From Pyrinomonadaceae bacterium (GTDB lineage Bacteria > Acidobacteriota > Blastocatellia > Pyrinomonadales > Pyrinomonadaceae), in contig DASVPY010000087.1 in NCBI GenBank assembly GCA_036389395.1, positions 1,774 through 65,773 on the forward strand: DNA of 64,000 bases, in the 5' to 3' direction. Under the pieces are notes generated by a model, which saw only the letters and a list, made by a program, of their open reading frames with translations, had not been told where the DNA came from and searched no databases. Below, piece by piece: positions 34,118-43,787 of this stretch. The position numbers and the translations under genes are program-made. Each line of letters starts with the position of its first letter. Position 1 is the stretch's first letter.

Positions 34118-36736
34118 ATGCCGACCCGCGCCAAAGACAACGAGCCAGCCGCGCCGCCCGCGCAAAGGACGGACGTGTGCGCGCCCGCCGACGCGCCGCT
34201 CGAACCCTCGCGCGCCGCGGCGCGCGAGCCTTTGCGCGGCGCGGCGCTCGAACCTTTGCGCTCGGTCGAGGCGCAGTACCGCGCCATCTTCGAGAACGCG
34301 ATCCACGGCATCTACCAGTCGTTGCCCGAAGGGCGCTTCCTCAACGTCAACCCGGCGCTCGCGCGCATGCTCGGCTACGACTCGCCCGCCGACATGATCG
34401 CCTGCTGCAACGACATCGCCCACGCCTACTACGCCGACCCCGCCGACCGCGACGTGTTCCGCCGCCTCATCGCCCAACGCGGCATCCTGCGCGGCTACGA
34501 GGTCTTGGTGCGGCGCAAGGACGGCACGCCCGTCTGGACGCGCGAGAACGTCTACGAGGTGCGCGACGACGAGGGCCGGCTGCTCTACTACGAGGGCAGC
34601 GTCGAGGACGTGACCGCGCAGAAGCAGACCGAGGCGGCCTTGCGCGAGTCGGAGGAGCGCTACCGCAACCTGTTCGAGTACGCCAACGACGTGATCTACA
34701 CGACCGACCTGGCGGGCTACTACACGTCGGTCAACCAGGTCGGCGAGCGCGTCACCGGCTACAGCCGCGCGGAGTTGTGCCGGATGAACTTCGCGCAGCT
34801 CGTCGCGCCCGAACACCTCGCGCTCACGCAGGAGATGATGGCGCGCAAGCTGGCCGGGCAGGAAGAGACCACCTTCTACGAGATCGAGATCATCCACAAG
34901 GCCGGCGCGCGCGTGCTGCTCGAAGTCAGCACGCAGCTCATACGCGAGCGCGGCCGGCCCGTCGGCGTCCAAGGGATCGCCCGCGACATCACCGAGCGCA
35001 AGCGGGCCGAAGCGGCCTTACGCGAGTCCGAGGAGCGCTACCGCGAGCTGTTCGAGAACGCCAACGACATCGTCTACACGCACGACCTACAGGGCAACTT
35101 CACGAGCCTGAACAAGACGGGCGAGCGCGTCACCGGCTACACGCGCGCGGAGGCGCTCGGACTCAACATGGGGCAGGTCATCGCGCCGGAGCACGTGGGC
35201 CTCGCGCGCGCCATGATCGGGCGCAAGCAGGCCGCGCCCGACGCCACCGTCTACGAGCTTGAGATCATCGCCAAGGACGGCCGCCGCGTGCCGCTTGAGA
35301 TCAGCACGCGCCTCGTCTACGAGGCCGGGCGCGCCGTCTGCGTCCAAGGGATCGCGCGCGACATCACCGAGCGCAAGCAGGCCGAGGAGCGTCTGCGCCA
35401 GCACGCGCTCTCGGACGCGCTGACGGGGCTGCCCAACCGCCTGCTCTTCACCGATCACCTGCACCTCGCCGTCGAGCAGCACAAGCGCCAGCCCGCGCAC
35501 CACTTCGCCGTCCTCTTCCTCGACCTCGACCGCTTCAAGATGATCAACGACAGCCTCGGCCACGGCGTCGGCGATCAACTGCTCGTCGCCATTGCGCGCC
35601 AGCTCGAACGCTGCCTGCGCGCGGGCGACACGGTGGCGCGCCTCGGCGGCGACGAGTTCGCCATCCTCCTGAACGACCTCGCGCACTTCGACGACGCGAT
35701 CCGCGTCGCCGAGCGCGTCCTGCGCGGGCTGATGCTGCCCTTCAACCTCGACGGGCACGAGGTCTACACCACCGCGTCCATCGGCATCGCGCTCAGCAAC
35801 AACCACTACGAGACGGCCGAGGCCGTGCTGCGCGACGCCGACACGGCCATGTACCGCGCCAAGGCCGACGGCAAGGCCCGCTACAAGGTCTTCGACATGC
35901 TGATGCACGCGCGCGTGGTCGCGCTGCTGCAACTCGAAACCGACCTGCGCCGCGCCATCGAGCGCGGCGAGTTCTGCCTGCACTTCCAGCCCATCGTGGC
36001 GCTCGCCGACGGGCGCATCAACGGCTTCGAGGCGCTGGTGCGCTGGCAGCACCCGGAGCGCGGCCTGATCGCGCCGGGCGAGTTCGTGCCCGTGGCCGAG
36101 GAGACGGGTCTCATCGTGCCGCTCGACCGCTGGGTCTTGCGCGCCGCGTGCGCGCAGATGAAACGCTGGCAGGCGCTCGCGCCCGCTTATCAAGACCTGA
36201 AGCTGAGCGTCAACCTCTCCGGCAAGCACTTCGCGCAGGTAGACCTGTGCGAGCAGATCGAGCAGGTGCTTGCCGCCACCGGGTTTGAGCCGCGCCGTCT
36301 ACAGTTGGAGATCACGGAGAGCGTGCTGATGGAGAGCGCCAAGGCCATCGTGCCGATGCTGGCGCGGCTGCGCGCGCTCGGCGTCGAGCTGGCGATAGAC
36401 GACTTCGGCACGGGCTACTCGTCGCTCTCGTACCTGCGCCGCTTCCCGATCCACACGCTGAAGATCGACCGCTCGTTCATCGGCGGCACGGGCGAGGACG
36501 ACGCCGAGATCGTCCGCACCATCGTCCTGCTCGCGCGCAACATGCGCAAGGACGTGGTCGCCGAAGGCGTCGAGACCGCCGCGCAGCACGCCGCCCTGCG
36601 CGCGCTCGACTGCACCTACGGCCAAGGCTACTACTTCTCGCCGCCCCTCGACGCCGCCGCCGCCGAACACCTCCTCCGCCGCGCCCTCGCCGCCGACCGC
36701 GCCATCATCCCCGCCCCCGACGAACGCGTCGCCTAG
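34118..36736 (+). CDS. Multi-PAS GGDEF-EAL signalling protein (c-di-GMP turnover)
   Basis: Three PAS-like repeats, each ending GIARDITERK. Intact GGDEF (RLGGDEFAIL) and EAL (FEALVRW) motifs. Start taken at ATG 34118. Confidence 0.85.
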   Translation: MPTRAKDNEPAAPPAQRTDVCAPADAPLEPSRAAAREPLRGAALEPLRSVEAQYRAIFENAIHGIYQSLPEGRFLNVNPALARMLGYDSPADMIACCNDIAHAYYADPADRDVFRRLIAQRGILRGYEVLVRRKDGTPVWTRENVYEVRDDEGRLLYYEGSVEDVTAQKQTEAALRESEERYRNLFEYANDVIYTTDLAGYYTSVNQVGERVTGYSRAELCRMNFAQLVAPEHLALTQEMMARKLAGQEETTFYEIEIIHKAGARVLLEVSTQLIRERGRPVGVQGIARDITERKRAEAALRESEERYRELFENANDIVYTHDLQGNFTSLNKTGERVTGYTRAEALGLNMGQVIAPEHVGLARAMIGRKQAAPDATVYELEIIAKDGRRVPLEISTRLVYEAGRAVCVQGIARDITERKQAEERLRQHALSDALTGLPNRLLFTDHLHLAVEQHKRQPAHHFAVLFLDLDRFKMINDSLGHGVGDQLLVAIARQLERCLRAGDTVARLGGDEFAILLNDLAHFDDAIRVAERVLRGLMLPFNLDGHEVYTTASIGIALSNNHYETAEAVLRDADTAMYRAKADGKARYKVFDMLMHARVVALLQLETDLRRAIERGEFCLHFQPIVALADGRINGFEALVRWQHPERGLIAPGEFVPVAEETGLIVPLDRWVLRAACAQMKRWQALAPAYQDLKLSVNLSGKHFAQVDLCEQIEQVLAATGFEPRRLQLEITESVLMESAKAIVPMLARLRALGVELAIDDFGTGYSSLSYLRRFPIHTLKIDRSFIGGTGEDDAEIVRTIVLLARNMRKDVVAEGVETAAQHAALRALDCTYGQGYYFSPPLDAAAAEHLLRRALAADRAIIPAPDERVA

Positions 36737-36747
36737 CTCGTCTTGTA

Positions 36748-36857
36748 GTTGAGTGCAGCGGGAGAAAGATCAACACAGAGGACACAGAGTTCTTACTGTG
36801 TCCTCTGTGTGACCTCTGTGCCTTCTGCGTTAAAAACGGCCGCTCGTTACTCTCAAC
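36748..36857. repeat. CACAGAGG palindrome (core CACAGAGTTCTTACTGTG) with outer GTTGAG.../...CTCTCAAC arms
   Basis: gttgagtgcagcg...caacacagaggacacagagttcttactgtgtcctctgtgtgacctctgtg...cgctcgttactctcaac. Confidence 0.8.
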
Positions 36858-37710
36858 CTCCCTCTCCACCAATCAACACGCCGCCGGCCGTGAAGCGCAC
36901 CGCGACGTTGTGATTCAACGGGCCGTGCCCGCGCCCCAGACCGGGCGCGCTTTGGAGGGCGGCCATGACGAAGCGTTTGGCCGCGCCGACCGACGCGCGC
37001 AGGTTCAAGCCGCGCGCGAGGCAGGCGGCGACGGCGGCCGCCAGCGTGCAGCCCGTGCCGTGCGTCGAAGTCGTGTGGACGCGGGGCGCGCGGTAAAGCT
37101 CCGCGGCGTCCGTCTCGTCGAGCAGCAGGTCTATGGCGTCGCCCGTCAGATGCCCGCCTTTGAGGAGCACGGCGCGCGCGCCGAGTTCGCGCAGCCTTTG
37201 CGCCACGTAGCGGAAGTCGCCCAGGCCTTTGATCTTCATGCCGGTCAGGCGCTCGGCCTCCGCCATGTTCGGCGTGACGAGGTGCGCGCGCGGCAGCAGC
37301 TCGCGGCGCAAGGCGTCGAGCGCGTCGTCGTCAATCAGGTCGTAGCCGGAGGTCGAGCGCACGACCGGGTCGAGGACGAAGGCGGCGGCGCGCAGCTCCG
37401 TCTCATCGAGCAGGCGCGCGACCTCCGCGATCACTTCGCGCGTCGGCAGCATCCCCGTCTTCAACGCCGCGACGCGCAGGTCGGCGACGACCGGCAACAC
37501 CTGCGCGCGCACGACCTCCGCCGACTGCTGCGCCGCGCCGTAGACGCCCTGCGTGTTCTGGTACGTGAGCGACGTGACGGCGACGGCCGCGAAGCAGCCG
37601 AACGCCGTGATCGTCTTCACGTCCGCCACGACGCCCGCCCCGCCCGACGGGTCAACCCCGGCCACCGTCAGCACGACCGGCGGCGTCTCCGCAGTTTTAG
37701 CTTCTGTCAT
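36853..37710 (-). CDS. thiD: Hydroxymethylpyrimidine/phosphomethylpyrimidine kinase
   Basis: ATG at 37710. VLTVAGVDPSGGAGVVADVKT N-terminus and GTGCTLAAAVAACLA C-terminal motif. Confidence 0.9.
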   Translation of the reverse strand: MTEAKTAETPPVVLTVAGVDPSGGAGVVADVKTITAFGCFAAVAVTSLTYQNTQGVYGAAQQSAEVVRAQVLPVVADLRVAALKTGMLPTREVIAEVARLLDETELRAAAFVLDPVVRSTSGYDLIDDDALDALRRELLPRAHLVTPNMAEAERLTGMKIKGLGDFRYVAQRLRELGARAVLLKGGHLTGDAIDLLLDETDAAELYRAPRVHTTSTHGTGCTLAAAVAACLARGLNLRASVGAAKRFVMAALQSAPGLGRGHGPLNHNVAVRFTAGGVLIGGEGG

Positions 37711-37776
37711 GCGCGCCGCGATTATCGTTCGAGACGAGGGCGCGCGCCAAACGGTGCGTTGAAGAACGCGCACGCG

Positions 37777-38439
37777 CTAAAGACTCGCGTGGACTTCTTG
37801 TAAGGCGGCGACGGCGGGGGCGAGCGCGGGCGGGTCGGCGAAGAGGCGTATGGCGGCGACGCCGTGTGCGCCCGCGGCGAGCGCGGACGCCATGTTGGCG
37901 CGCGTGATGCCGCCGAGCGCGACGACGGGGAAAGGCGCGAGCGCAGCGGCGACGGCGCGGAGTTGCGCCAGCCCGACGGGCGGGCCGTAGACGCGCTTCG
38001 AGGGCGTGTCGAAGACGGGGCCGAAGACGATGAAGTCCGCGCCGCCGGCGCGCGCGGCTTGCGCTTCGGCGAGCGTGTGTGTGGAGACGCCGACGAGAAA
38101 GTCGGGGCCGAAGGCGCGGCGGACTGTCGGCGCGGGCAGCGAGCGCGTGGTCAGGTGGACGCCGTCCGCGCCGGCCGCGCGGGCGATGTCGGCGCGGTCG
38201 TTGACGAGGAGGCGCGTCTCCGTCCCGCGCACGAGCGCGGCGGCGCGCAGCGTCAGCTCGAAGATGACGCGCGGGCGCAAGTGTTGTTCGCGGAGTTGGA
38301 CGAGTGTGACGCGTGCGGCGGCGGCGGCGCGCACGAGCGCGAGCAGGCGCGCGAAGTCGGGGCCGGCGGGCGTGGTGCGCGCGTCAGTCGCGCCGCTCGT
38401 GATCAGGTAGCTGATCGGCGCGTGCAAGGGCTGGGGCAT
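37777..38439 (-). CDS. thiE: Thiamine-phosphate synthase
   Basis: 220 aa. LYLITS-like start (ISYLITSG), VQLREQHL, GADGVHL, GGI motifs. Upstream of thiD. Confidence 0.85.
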   Translation of the reverse strand: MPQPLHAPISYLITSGATDARTTPAGPDFARLLALVRAAAAARVTLVQLREQHLRPRVIFELTLRAAALVRGTETRLLVNDRADIARAAGADGVHLTTRSLPAPTVRRAFGPDFLVGVSTHTLAEAQAARAGGADFIVFGPVFDTPSKRVYGPPVGLAQLRAVAAALAPFPVVALGGITRANMASALAAGAHGVAAIRLFADPPALAPAVAALQEVHASL

Positions 38440-38743
38440 CGGTGGCGGCGGGCGGCTCGGCAGGCCCGCTCAGGTGGCGGACGGTCTGACGGAAGTGCGC
38501 GATCTCCCAGAAGGCCATGGCGAAGTTGAGCAGGCCCAGCCCCGTCACCGCGCCGCGCACCCAGCCCGAAGCGATGGCGTGCTGCAAGCCGGGCAGCCCC
38601 GTCTTGTGCACCACGTAGACGAGGAAGAAGTTGTCGCCCCAGTCGGCCAGGCCGAACGGGTGCATCCACGGCAGGAAGGTCAGCACCAGCCCGGCCTCCA
38701 GGCACAGGACAATGTAGAAGATGACGGTCAGCTTCGCGGACAT
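38384..38743 (-). CDS. Small integral membrane protein (three predicted helices)
   Basis: 119 aa. Hydrophobic segments VIFYIVLCLEAGLVLTFL, FFLVYVV, VTGLGLLNFAMAFW. Its 3' end overlaps the thiE start by 56 bp. Confidence 0.55.
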   Translation of the reverse strand: MSAKLTVIFYIVLCLEAGLVLTFLPWMHPFGLADWGDNFFLVYVVHKTGLPGLQHAIASGWVRGAVTGLGLLNFAMAFWEIAHFRQTVRHLSGPAEPPAATDAPALARADQLPDHERRD

Positions 38744-38751
38744 AACAAACG

Positions 38752-39020
38752 CCGTGACGGGTGACAGGTGACAAGGGACAGGAGAATTCTAGCCCGTCAC
38801 TTGTCACTTGTCACCTGCTACGGCTCTTTGGTAGTGGTTCGGTTTGAGGTCGCAGGTGGCGAAGGCTCAGTTCAACACAGAGGACACAGAGGTCACACAG
38901 AGGACACAGAGAGTCTTACTGTGCCCTCTGTGCTAACTCTGTGTCCTCTGTGTTAAAACGGCCGCGCGTGACTCTCAACCTGAAACTGATCTACTACCAA
39001 CTCTTTCCTGTCACCCGTCA
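38752..39020. repeat. Composite spacer: GTCACC hairpin (38752-38818) plus CACAGAGG palindrome (38842-38980) inside outer TTGGTAGTGG / CTACTACCAA arms
   Basis: Core cacagagagtcttactgtg. Ends with cctgtcacccgtcaaggctttt, similar to the end of 6356-6460. Confidence 0.8.
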
Positions 39021-39029
39021 AGGCTTTTC

Positions 39030-41636
39030 TCACTTGCTGCTGAGGACGGCGCGGCGGGTCTGAAGCTCGCGGAGTTTGTCGGCGACGCCGCGGTAGGACA
39101 CGTCTATGCCGTAGACCTCCTGGTAGGTGTCCACCGCGCGGTCAAGGTCGCCCAACTCTTCGTAGGCGTTGGCCAGCTCGAAGCGGAGCGCCTGGTACTC
39201 GGCTTCGGTGTGCCCGTGCGCGCCGAGGCCTTTCTTGAACCAGATGACGGCGGCGCGCGGCAAGCCCTGTTGCATGAAGCAGTGACCGAGCAGGTTGCAG
39301 CACTGGAGGAAGCGGGGCGTGCCGTCGCCGGGCGTGGCGAGCGCGGCCGCCGCCTGAAACTCTTCGACGGCCATGTCGAGCAGCCCCATCTCCATGTAGG
39401 CCAGCCCCGTGTTGTAGTGCGTCTCGTAGTCTTCGGCCGAGGCCGGCTCTGATTCTTCCTCGACGCTGCTGCGGAACTCGTCGAAGACGGCCGCGAGACC
39501 CGAATCGAGCGCCGCGCGCGTCTGCGCCTCAGCCCGCGCCGCCTGCGGCTGCGCGCCGTTTGCGTGAGGCGCACTCGCGCCGTTCGCGCTCGCGCCGTTC
39601 CCTTGCGCGCCGTTGGCGGGGGCAGTCGGTAGCTGGAACGCGAACGCGTCGTCAAAGTCTTCGGCGGGCGCGGGCGAGGAACTTGATGTGGGTGCGGCTG
39701 ATGAACCGGACGCGGCCGATGAGGCGGCGGGCGCGGCGGGGAGTTGGGCGCGGCGCGCGTCTATGTCGGGGCTAGCGCCGTACTGGCGCTCCAACATGTC
39801 GAGCGTGTCGCGGGCGATGTCTGTGTAGCCCTGCGCGAGATAGAAGTCCACGCTCTCAAGCTCCTGCGCGAGCAGGGCGGCGACGCGCTCGGCACTCGCG
39901 GCGGGCGCTGGCGTGGCGGCGGCGAAGGCTTGCGCGTCGAGCGCGTCGGTGACGTGAATCTCCTGCTCGTCGGGCGCGGCGCTCGCGGCGGGCACGTTGA
40001 ACTCGACGGCGGCCGGCGCGGGCGCGTCGTCGGCGAGCGCGTCGTTCAGGTCGGCGAAGGACGCGCTCGGATCGGCCGGGCGCGCCTCTCCGGGCGGCGC
40101 GCCCGCGTTCCACTCGAACTCGGCCGGGGCGGCCGGCGTCGCCGCCTGCGCCGGCGCGACGAACGTTTCGGCCGCGACGCTGTTGGTCTCGAACAGATCG
40201 CCGAAAGAGGCCGCGGGGTCGGCCGCGGGCGCGGCCGGCGTGCCGCCCGGCTCGACGTAAGTCTCCGCGAACGAGCCGGCGAACGGCCCCTCGTGTGCTT
40301 GCGGCTCGACCGTCGCCAGCGGCGCGAACGGCTCCGCCGAGAACGGCTCGACGACCGGCGCGGGCGCGGACTCGGCGGGCGCTGTACCGTACTCCGCGCG
40401 GAGCGCGCCCAAATCCGGCTGGGCGCGCGTGCCGCCCGCGCCCGCGTAGCCGCCCAGCCCCATGCCGAGTGCGTCGTTGAGCGCGCAGAGGCGTTCGGCG
40501 TAGCTCTGATCGAAGGGCACCAGGCGGACGAGGTGTTCGAGCGCGTTGCGTTCCTCCTCGAATAGCTCTTGGGCCTGCGCGGCCTCGGCGAGACGTTCGA
40601 GCGCGATGCGCATACGGTCGTCGTCGCGCTGCCAGGTGTAGATGCGCAGGAGCAGACGCAGCGCGTCTATGTTTTCGGGGTCGCGCGCGAGCGCGGTGTT
40701 GAGGAGTTCGAGCAGCGGCTTCTCCTGCCGCTTGGCGAGCGCCGGCTCGACGGTCTGCGTGAGCGCGCGGACGGCGTTCGCCGCGTCGCCTTGCTGCAAG
40801 TAGAGTTGCGCGACCTCGAAGAGCAGAGGGTAGTTGGCGCGGTCGGCGGCGACGAGCCGTTCGGCGGCGCGGTCGGCGGCGGGCGCGTCCTCGGCGTCGA
40901 GGTAGACGCGCGCGAGCATCGCCTGCAACTCCGGGTCGTCGGGCGTCTGCTTGGCGGCCTCTTCGAGCACGGCCGCGGCCTCTTCGGTCGCGCCGAGCGC
41001 GAGGTTGGCGTCCACGAGTCCTTGCAGTATCTCGTGGCTGTAAGGGCGCAAGTCGTGCGCCAGGACGAAGGCGCGCAGCGCGCCCTTGTAGTCGCCGCGC
41101 GCGTGCAGCCGCGTGCCGGCCTCGGCGAACGCGCCTGCCGCCTCGTCGCGCATACTCTCGCGCATGAAGCCTTCGGCGAGGCGCAGGCGTATGTCTGCGT
41201 TCTGCGGGTCGAGATCGGCGGTGCGGCGCAGGGCTTCGAGCGCGTCGCGCGCCCGGCCCGCGCGCATACAGGCGTCGGCGATGAACAGGTACTGCGCGCG
41301 CGCCTCGACGATCAAGCCTTGCTGCTCGTAGAGCGTCGCGAGTTTCTGCGCGACCGCCAACTCGTCGGGCCGCAGCCGCGCCACCTTCTTGTAGATGGCG
41401 ATGGCCTTGAGCGCGAAGCCCTGCTCGCGGTAGTGGTCGGCGACGCGGATGAAGCACTCTACGGCCTCGGCCTGTTTGTCGAGCCGGATGTAGAGGTCGC
41501 CCAAGGTGTTGAGCGCCGTGTAGTCGCCCTCGTCGGCCTCGACGATGCGGCGGTACTCCTGCACCGCCGCGGCGATCTTACCTTGAGTCAGGTACTTCTC
41601 CGCCGCGCTGACCGCCTTTGCCTTATCGAATGCCAT
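39030..41636 (-). CDS. Large TPR-repeat protein with a long Ala/Pro/acidic low-complexity linker
   Basis: 868 aa. N-terminal and C-terminal TPR blocks. Residues about 395-700 are A/P/E/D/G-rich and repetitive. Confidence 0.75.
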   Translation of the reverse strand: MAFDKAKAVSAAEKYLTQGKIAAAVQEYRRIVEADEGDYTALNTLGDLYIRLDKQAEAVECFIRVADHYREQGFALKAIAIYKKVARLRPDELAVAQKLATLYEQQGLIVEARAQYLFIADACMRAGRARDALEALRRTADLDPQNADIRLRLAEGFMRESMRDEAAGAFAEAGTRLHARGDYKGALRAFVLAHDLRPYSHEILQGLVDANLALGATEEAAAVLEEAAKQTPDDPELQAMLARVYLDAEDAPAADRAAERLVAADRANYPLLFEVAQLYLQQGDAANAVRALTQTVEPALAKRQEKPLLELLNTALARDPENIDALRLLLRIYTWQRDDDRMRIALERLAEAAQAQELFEEERNALEHLVRLVPFDQSYAERLCALNDALGMGLGGYAGAGGTRAQPDLGALRAEYGTAPAESAPAPVVEPFSAEPFAPLATVEPQAHEGPFAGSFAETYVEPGGTPAAPAADPAASFGDLFETNSVAAETFVAPAQAATPAAPAEFEWNAGAPPGEARPADPSASFADLNDALADDAPAPAAVEFNVPAASAAPDEQEIHVTDALDAQAFAAATPAPAASAERVAALLAQELESVDFYLAQGYTDIARDTLDMLERQYGASPDIDARRAQLPAAPAASSAASGSSAAPTSSSSPAPAEDFDDAFAFQLPTAPANGAQGNGASANGASAPHANGAQPQAARAEAQTRAALDSGLAAVFDEFRSSVEEESEPASAEDYETHYNTGLAYMEMGLLDMAVEEFQAAAALATPGDGTPRFLQCCNLLGHCFMQQGLPRAAVIWFKKGLGAHGHTEAEYQALRFELANAYEELGDLDRAVDTYQEVYGIDVSYRGVADKLRELQTRRAVLSSK

Positions 41637-42062
41637 TGGAGAATTAAGCTGCTACGTCACACGGAGATCGGGCGTGGGGTGGCACGACGAGGGAAACGGC
41701 TTGTAATAATTTGACTGTGCCCGGAAGATGCCTGCCCTCTTGCCCCTCGTCATAAGCCCGAGGGTGACGGGCAAATTTCACGTTAACACGCCGCCTCAAT
41801 CGCAGTCAACAAAGAGTTTTGCCCGTGTTTGGCACGCCGCTTTATGCGTGAAAATCGCAATCTTTGGGCGGGCACGCCGAATGGTCGGATAGTTAGACGC
41901 GGGCGAGACGGGGCGGGAGACGCGGAGCAGGGGCAGACGACCCGGCGGACGCGGCCCCTTTGTCGCCGCCGCCGAAGCCGTGCATACTTGGCCGGCGCGT
42001 GCCGCCGCCGGCAACACGCTTTAGCCGACCGCCCGCGCAGTTAGCGATTTAATTTCAGTTAA

Positions 42063-42158
42063 TCTCCGTGCCCCTCTGTGTCCTCTGTGTCTCTGTGGTG
42101 CATGATGCCGCAGCAAAATTCACCACAGAGACACAGAGGGCATAGAGGGGCACGGAGA
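42063..42158. repeat. CACAGAGG-subfamily palindrome with a CTGTGGTG...ATTCACCACAG core (38-nt arms, about 3 mismatches)
   Basis: tctccgtgcccctctgtgtcctctgtgtctctgtggtg / caccacagagacacagagggcatagaggggcacggaga. Confidence 0.85.
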
Positions 42159-42196
42159 AATAAGTCACATTAAGATAAGGCTTACAGAGAGCCGCT

Positions 42197-43735
42197 TTGA
42201 CCGACCCAAAGACACTCGACGCCGTTGAGCGATATTCCAGAGAAGACGGGCTGATGCGGTTCGCGCGCCGCGTCGGGCTGGCGGGGCTGACCTTGTACGC
42301 GGTCTTCGCCCCGCACTCGATTGCGGGCGCGTGGATCGGGCTGGCGCTCGCCTTCACGGGCTGGCTCTATTGGTCTTTTAGCACGCTGCGGCTGCACGTC
42401 CGGCGCACGCCGCTCGACCTGCCCTTCTGGCTCCTCTTCGCTTGGAGCGTGCTCTCCGCGCTCCTCTCGGCCGAGCCGCGCATCAGCCTGTTGAAGCTCG
42501 CCTCGGTCGGCACGTTCCTCGTCTACTACTGCGCGCAAGCCCTGCTCACGCACCGCACAGCCGTCTGGCTGGCGGGCCTCTTGATCCTGTCGGGCTGCGC
42601 GGGCGCGGCGCGGAGCGTCTTCGAGACCGCGCGCGGGCGCGGCGTCGTCGTGGCACAACTGACGGCGGACAGCCCTCTGCGCGCCGTGGGCCTGCGACCG
42701 GGCGACGCCGTCTGGCGCGTCAACGGCCGGGCGGTCAACTCGCCGACCGAACTCGCCGCCGCGCTCCGGGCCGCACCCGCCGACCGTCCGCTGCGCCTGA
42801 GCGTCATCACGCAGGGCGAGCACGTCGAATGGCCTGCCCCCGCGCTCGCCCCTGCGCAGAGAGACGCCGAGCCGCCCGCGGGTCTTTACGGCGGCGCGCG
42901 CACGCGCCGCTTTCGCGCCTCCGGCTGGACGCGCCACTACGAGACCTTCGCAGAGGTTTTACAGATCATCGCCCAACTCGCCCTCGGTCTCGCCCTCGCC
43001 CACTGGCAACGCCGCGCGCACGCGCAACGACAAGCACAACGCCAGGCGCGCACGCGTCTGCTCGTCGGACTCTACGCCGCGGCCTTCGTGCTGCTCGCGG
43101 CGGGGCTGGCGCTGACGGCGATGCGGACGGTGCTCGTGGCGTTCGTCGTCGGCGCGACGGTGGTCTTGTGGCGCGGGGCGGCGTCGGGGCGTGCGCGCGC
43201 GCTGGCTTTGTGTGCCGTCGCGCTCGTGTGCGCGCTGGGCGCGCTGGCGGTCTGGCGCACGCGCGCGGCCGGGGCCTTGCGCCTGCAAGACCCGAGCGCG
43301 CAGTTGCGCCTCGCCGTCGCGCGCCACGCCGCCGCGCGCGTGCCCCTGCACCCGGTCTTCGGGCACGGCATGGACGCCGTCCACCGTCACTGGCAAGAGT
43401 GGGGCTTCCCCGGCACGGACATGCTGCACGCGCACTCCACGCCCGTCCAACTCGCCTTCGACCGCGGTCTGCCCGCAGTCTTCCTCTGGCTCTGGCTGAT
43501 GCTCGCCTTCTGGCGCACAACGACGCGCGCCGAACGCGCCGGACGCCCCGACGCGGACGCCGCCGCGCACGGTCTCCTGCTCGGCGCGAGCGGCGCACTC
43601 GCAGGTCTCTTTGCCAGCGCGCTCGTCAACTACAACTTCGGCGACGCCGAGGTCACACTCCTCCTCTGGTGGCTGATGGGCGCGGTCGTGCGCGTCAACG
43701 CGGAACGCGAAACGACGCACGCGGAACAACGTTGA
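42197..43735 (+). CDS. O-antigen ligase/polymerase-family (Wzy_C) membrane protein with an inserted PDZ-like segment
   Basis: 512 aa, multi-TM. C-terminal HAHSTPVQLAFDRGLPAVFLWLWLM is Wzy_C-like. Residues about 146-212 (GVVVAQLTADSPLRAVGLRPGDAVWRVNGRAVNSPTELAAAL) look like a PDZ domain. Confidence 0.7.
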   Translation: MTDPKTLDAVERYSREDGLMRFARRVGLAGLTLYAVFAPHSIAGAWIGLALAFTGWLYWSFSTLRLHVRRTPLDLPFWLLFAWSVLSALLSAEPRISLLKLASVGTFLVYYCAQALLTHRTAVWLAGLLILSGCAGAARSVFETARGRGVVVAQLTADSPLRAVGLRPGDAVWRVNGRAVNSPTELAAALRAAPADRPLRLSVITQGEHVEWPAPALAPAQRDAEPPAGLYGGARTRRFRASGWTRHYETFAEVLQIIAQLALGLALAHWQRRAHAQRQAQRQARTRLLVGLYAAAFVLLAAGLALTAMRTVLVAFVVGATVVLWRGAASGRARALALCAVALVCALGALAVWRTRAAGALRLQDPSAQLRLAVARHAAARVPLHPVFGHGMDAVHRHWQEWGFPGTDMLHAHSTPVQLAFDRGLPAVFLWLWLMLAFWRTTTRAERAGRPDADAAAHGLLLGASGALAGLFASALVNYNFGDAEVTLLLWWLMGAVVRVNAERETTHAEQR

Positions 43736-43787
43736 AAGTGGAAACGCTGAACGGGCGATGAGGGGCGGTGCTCGGACAGTGGATGCT

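Noticed and set aside
38768-38956. Short ORFs lying entirely in palindromic spacers (38768..38956, 2642..2965, 1519..1728, 22140..22355, 25973..26401 N-terminal part, 52778..53005).
   Set aside because: They are translations of the word repeats (for example HRGHRGHTEDTE from CACAGAGG). They have no RBS or codon bias and overlap both arms of hairpins.
38744-39029. TPP riboswitch expected upstream of the membrane-protein-thiE-thiD operon.
   Set aside because: I found no CUGAGA / ACCUGAUCUGGAUAAUGCCAGCG-type THI-box on the minus strand. AACCTGA-like strings here belong to the repeat arms and lie on the wrong strand.
41830-41847. Sigma54-like TTGGCACGCCGCTTTATGC upstream of the O-antigen-ligase-family gene.
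   Set aside because: The -24 TGGCAC is present, but the -12 element is TTTA rather than TTGC, and the site lies about 350 nt from the start codon. The evidence is insufficient.
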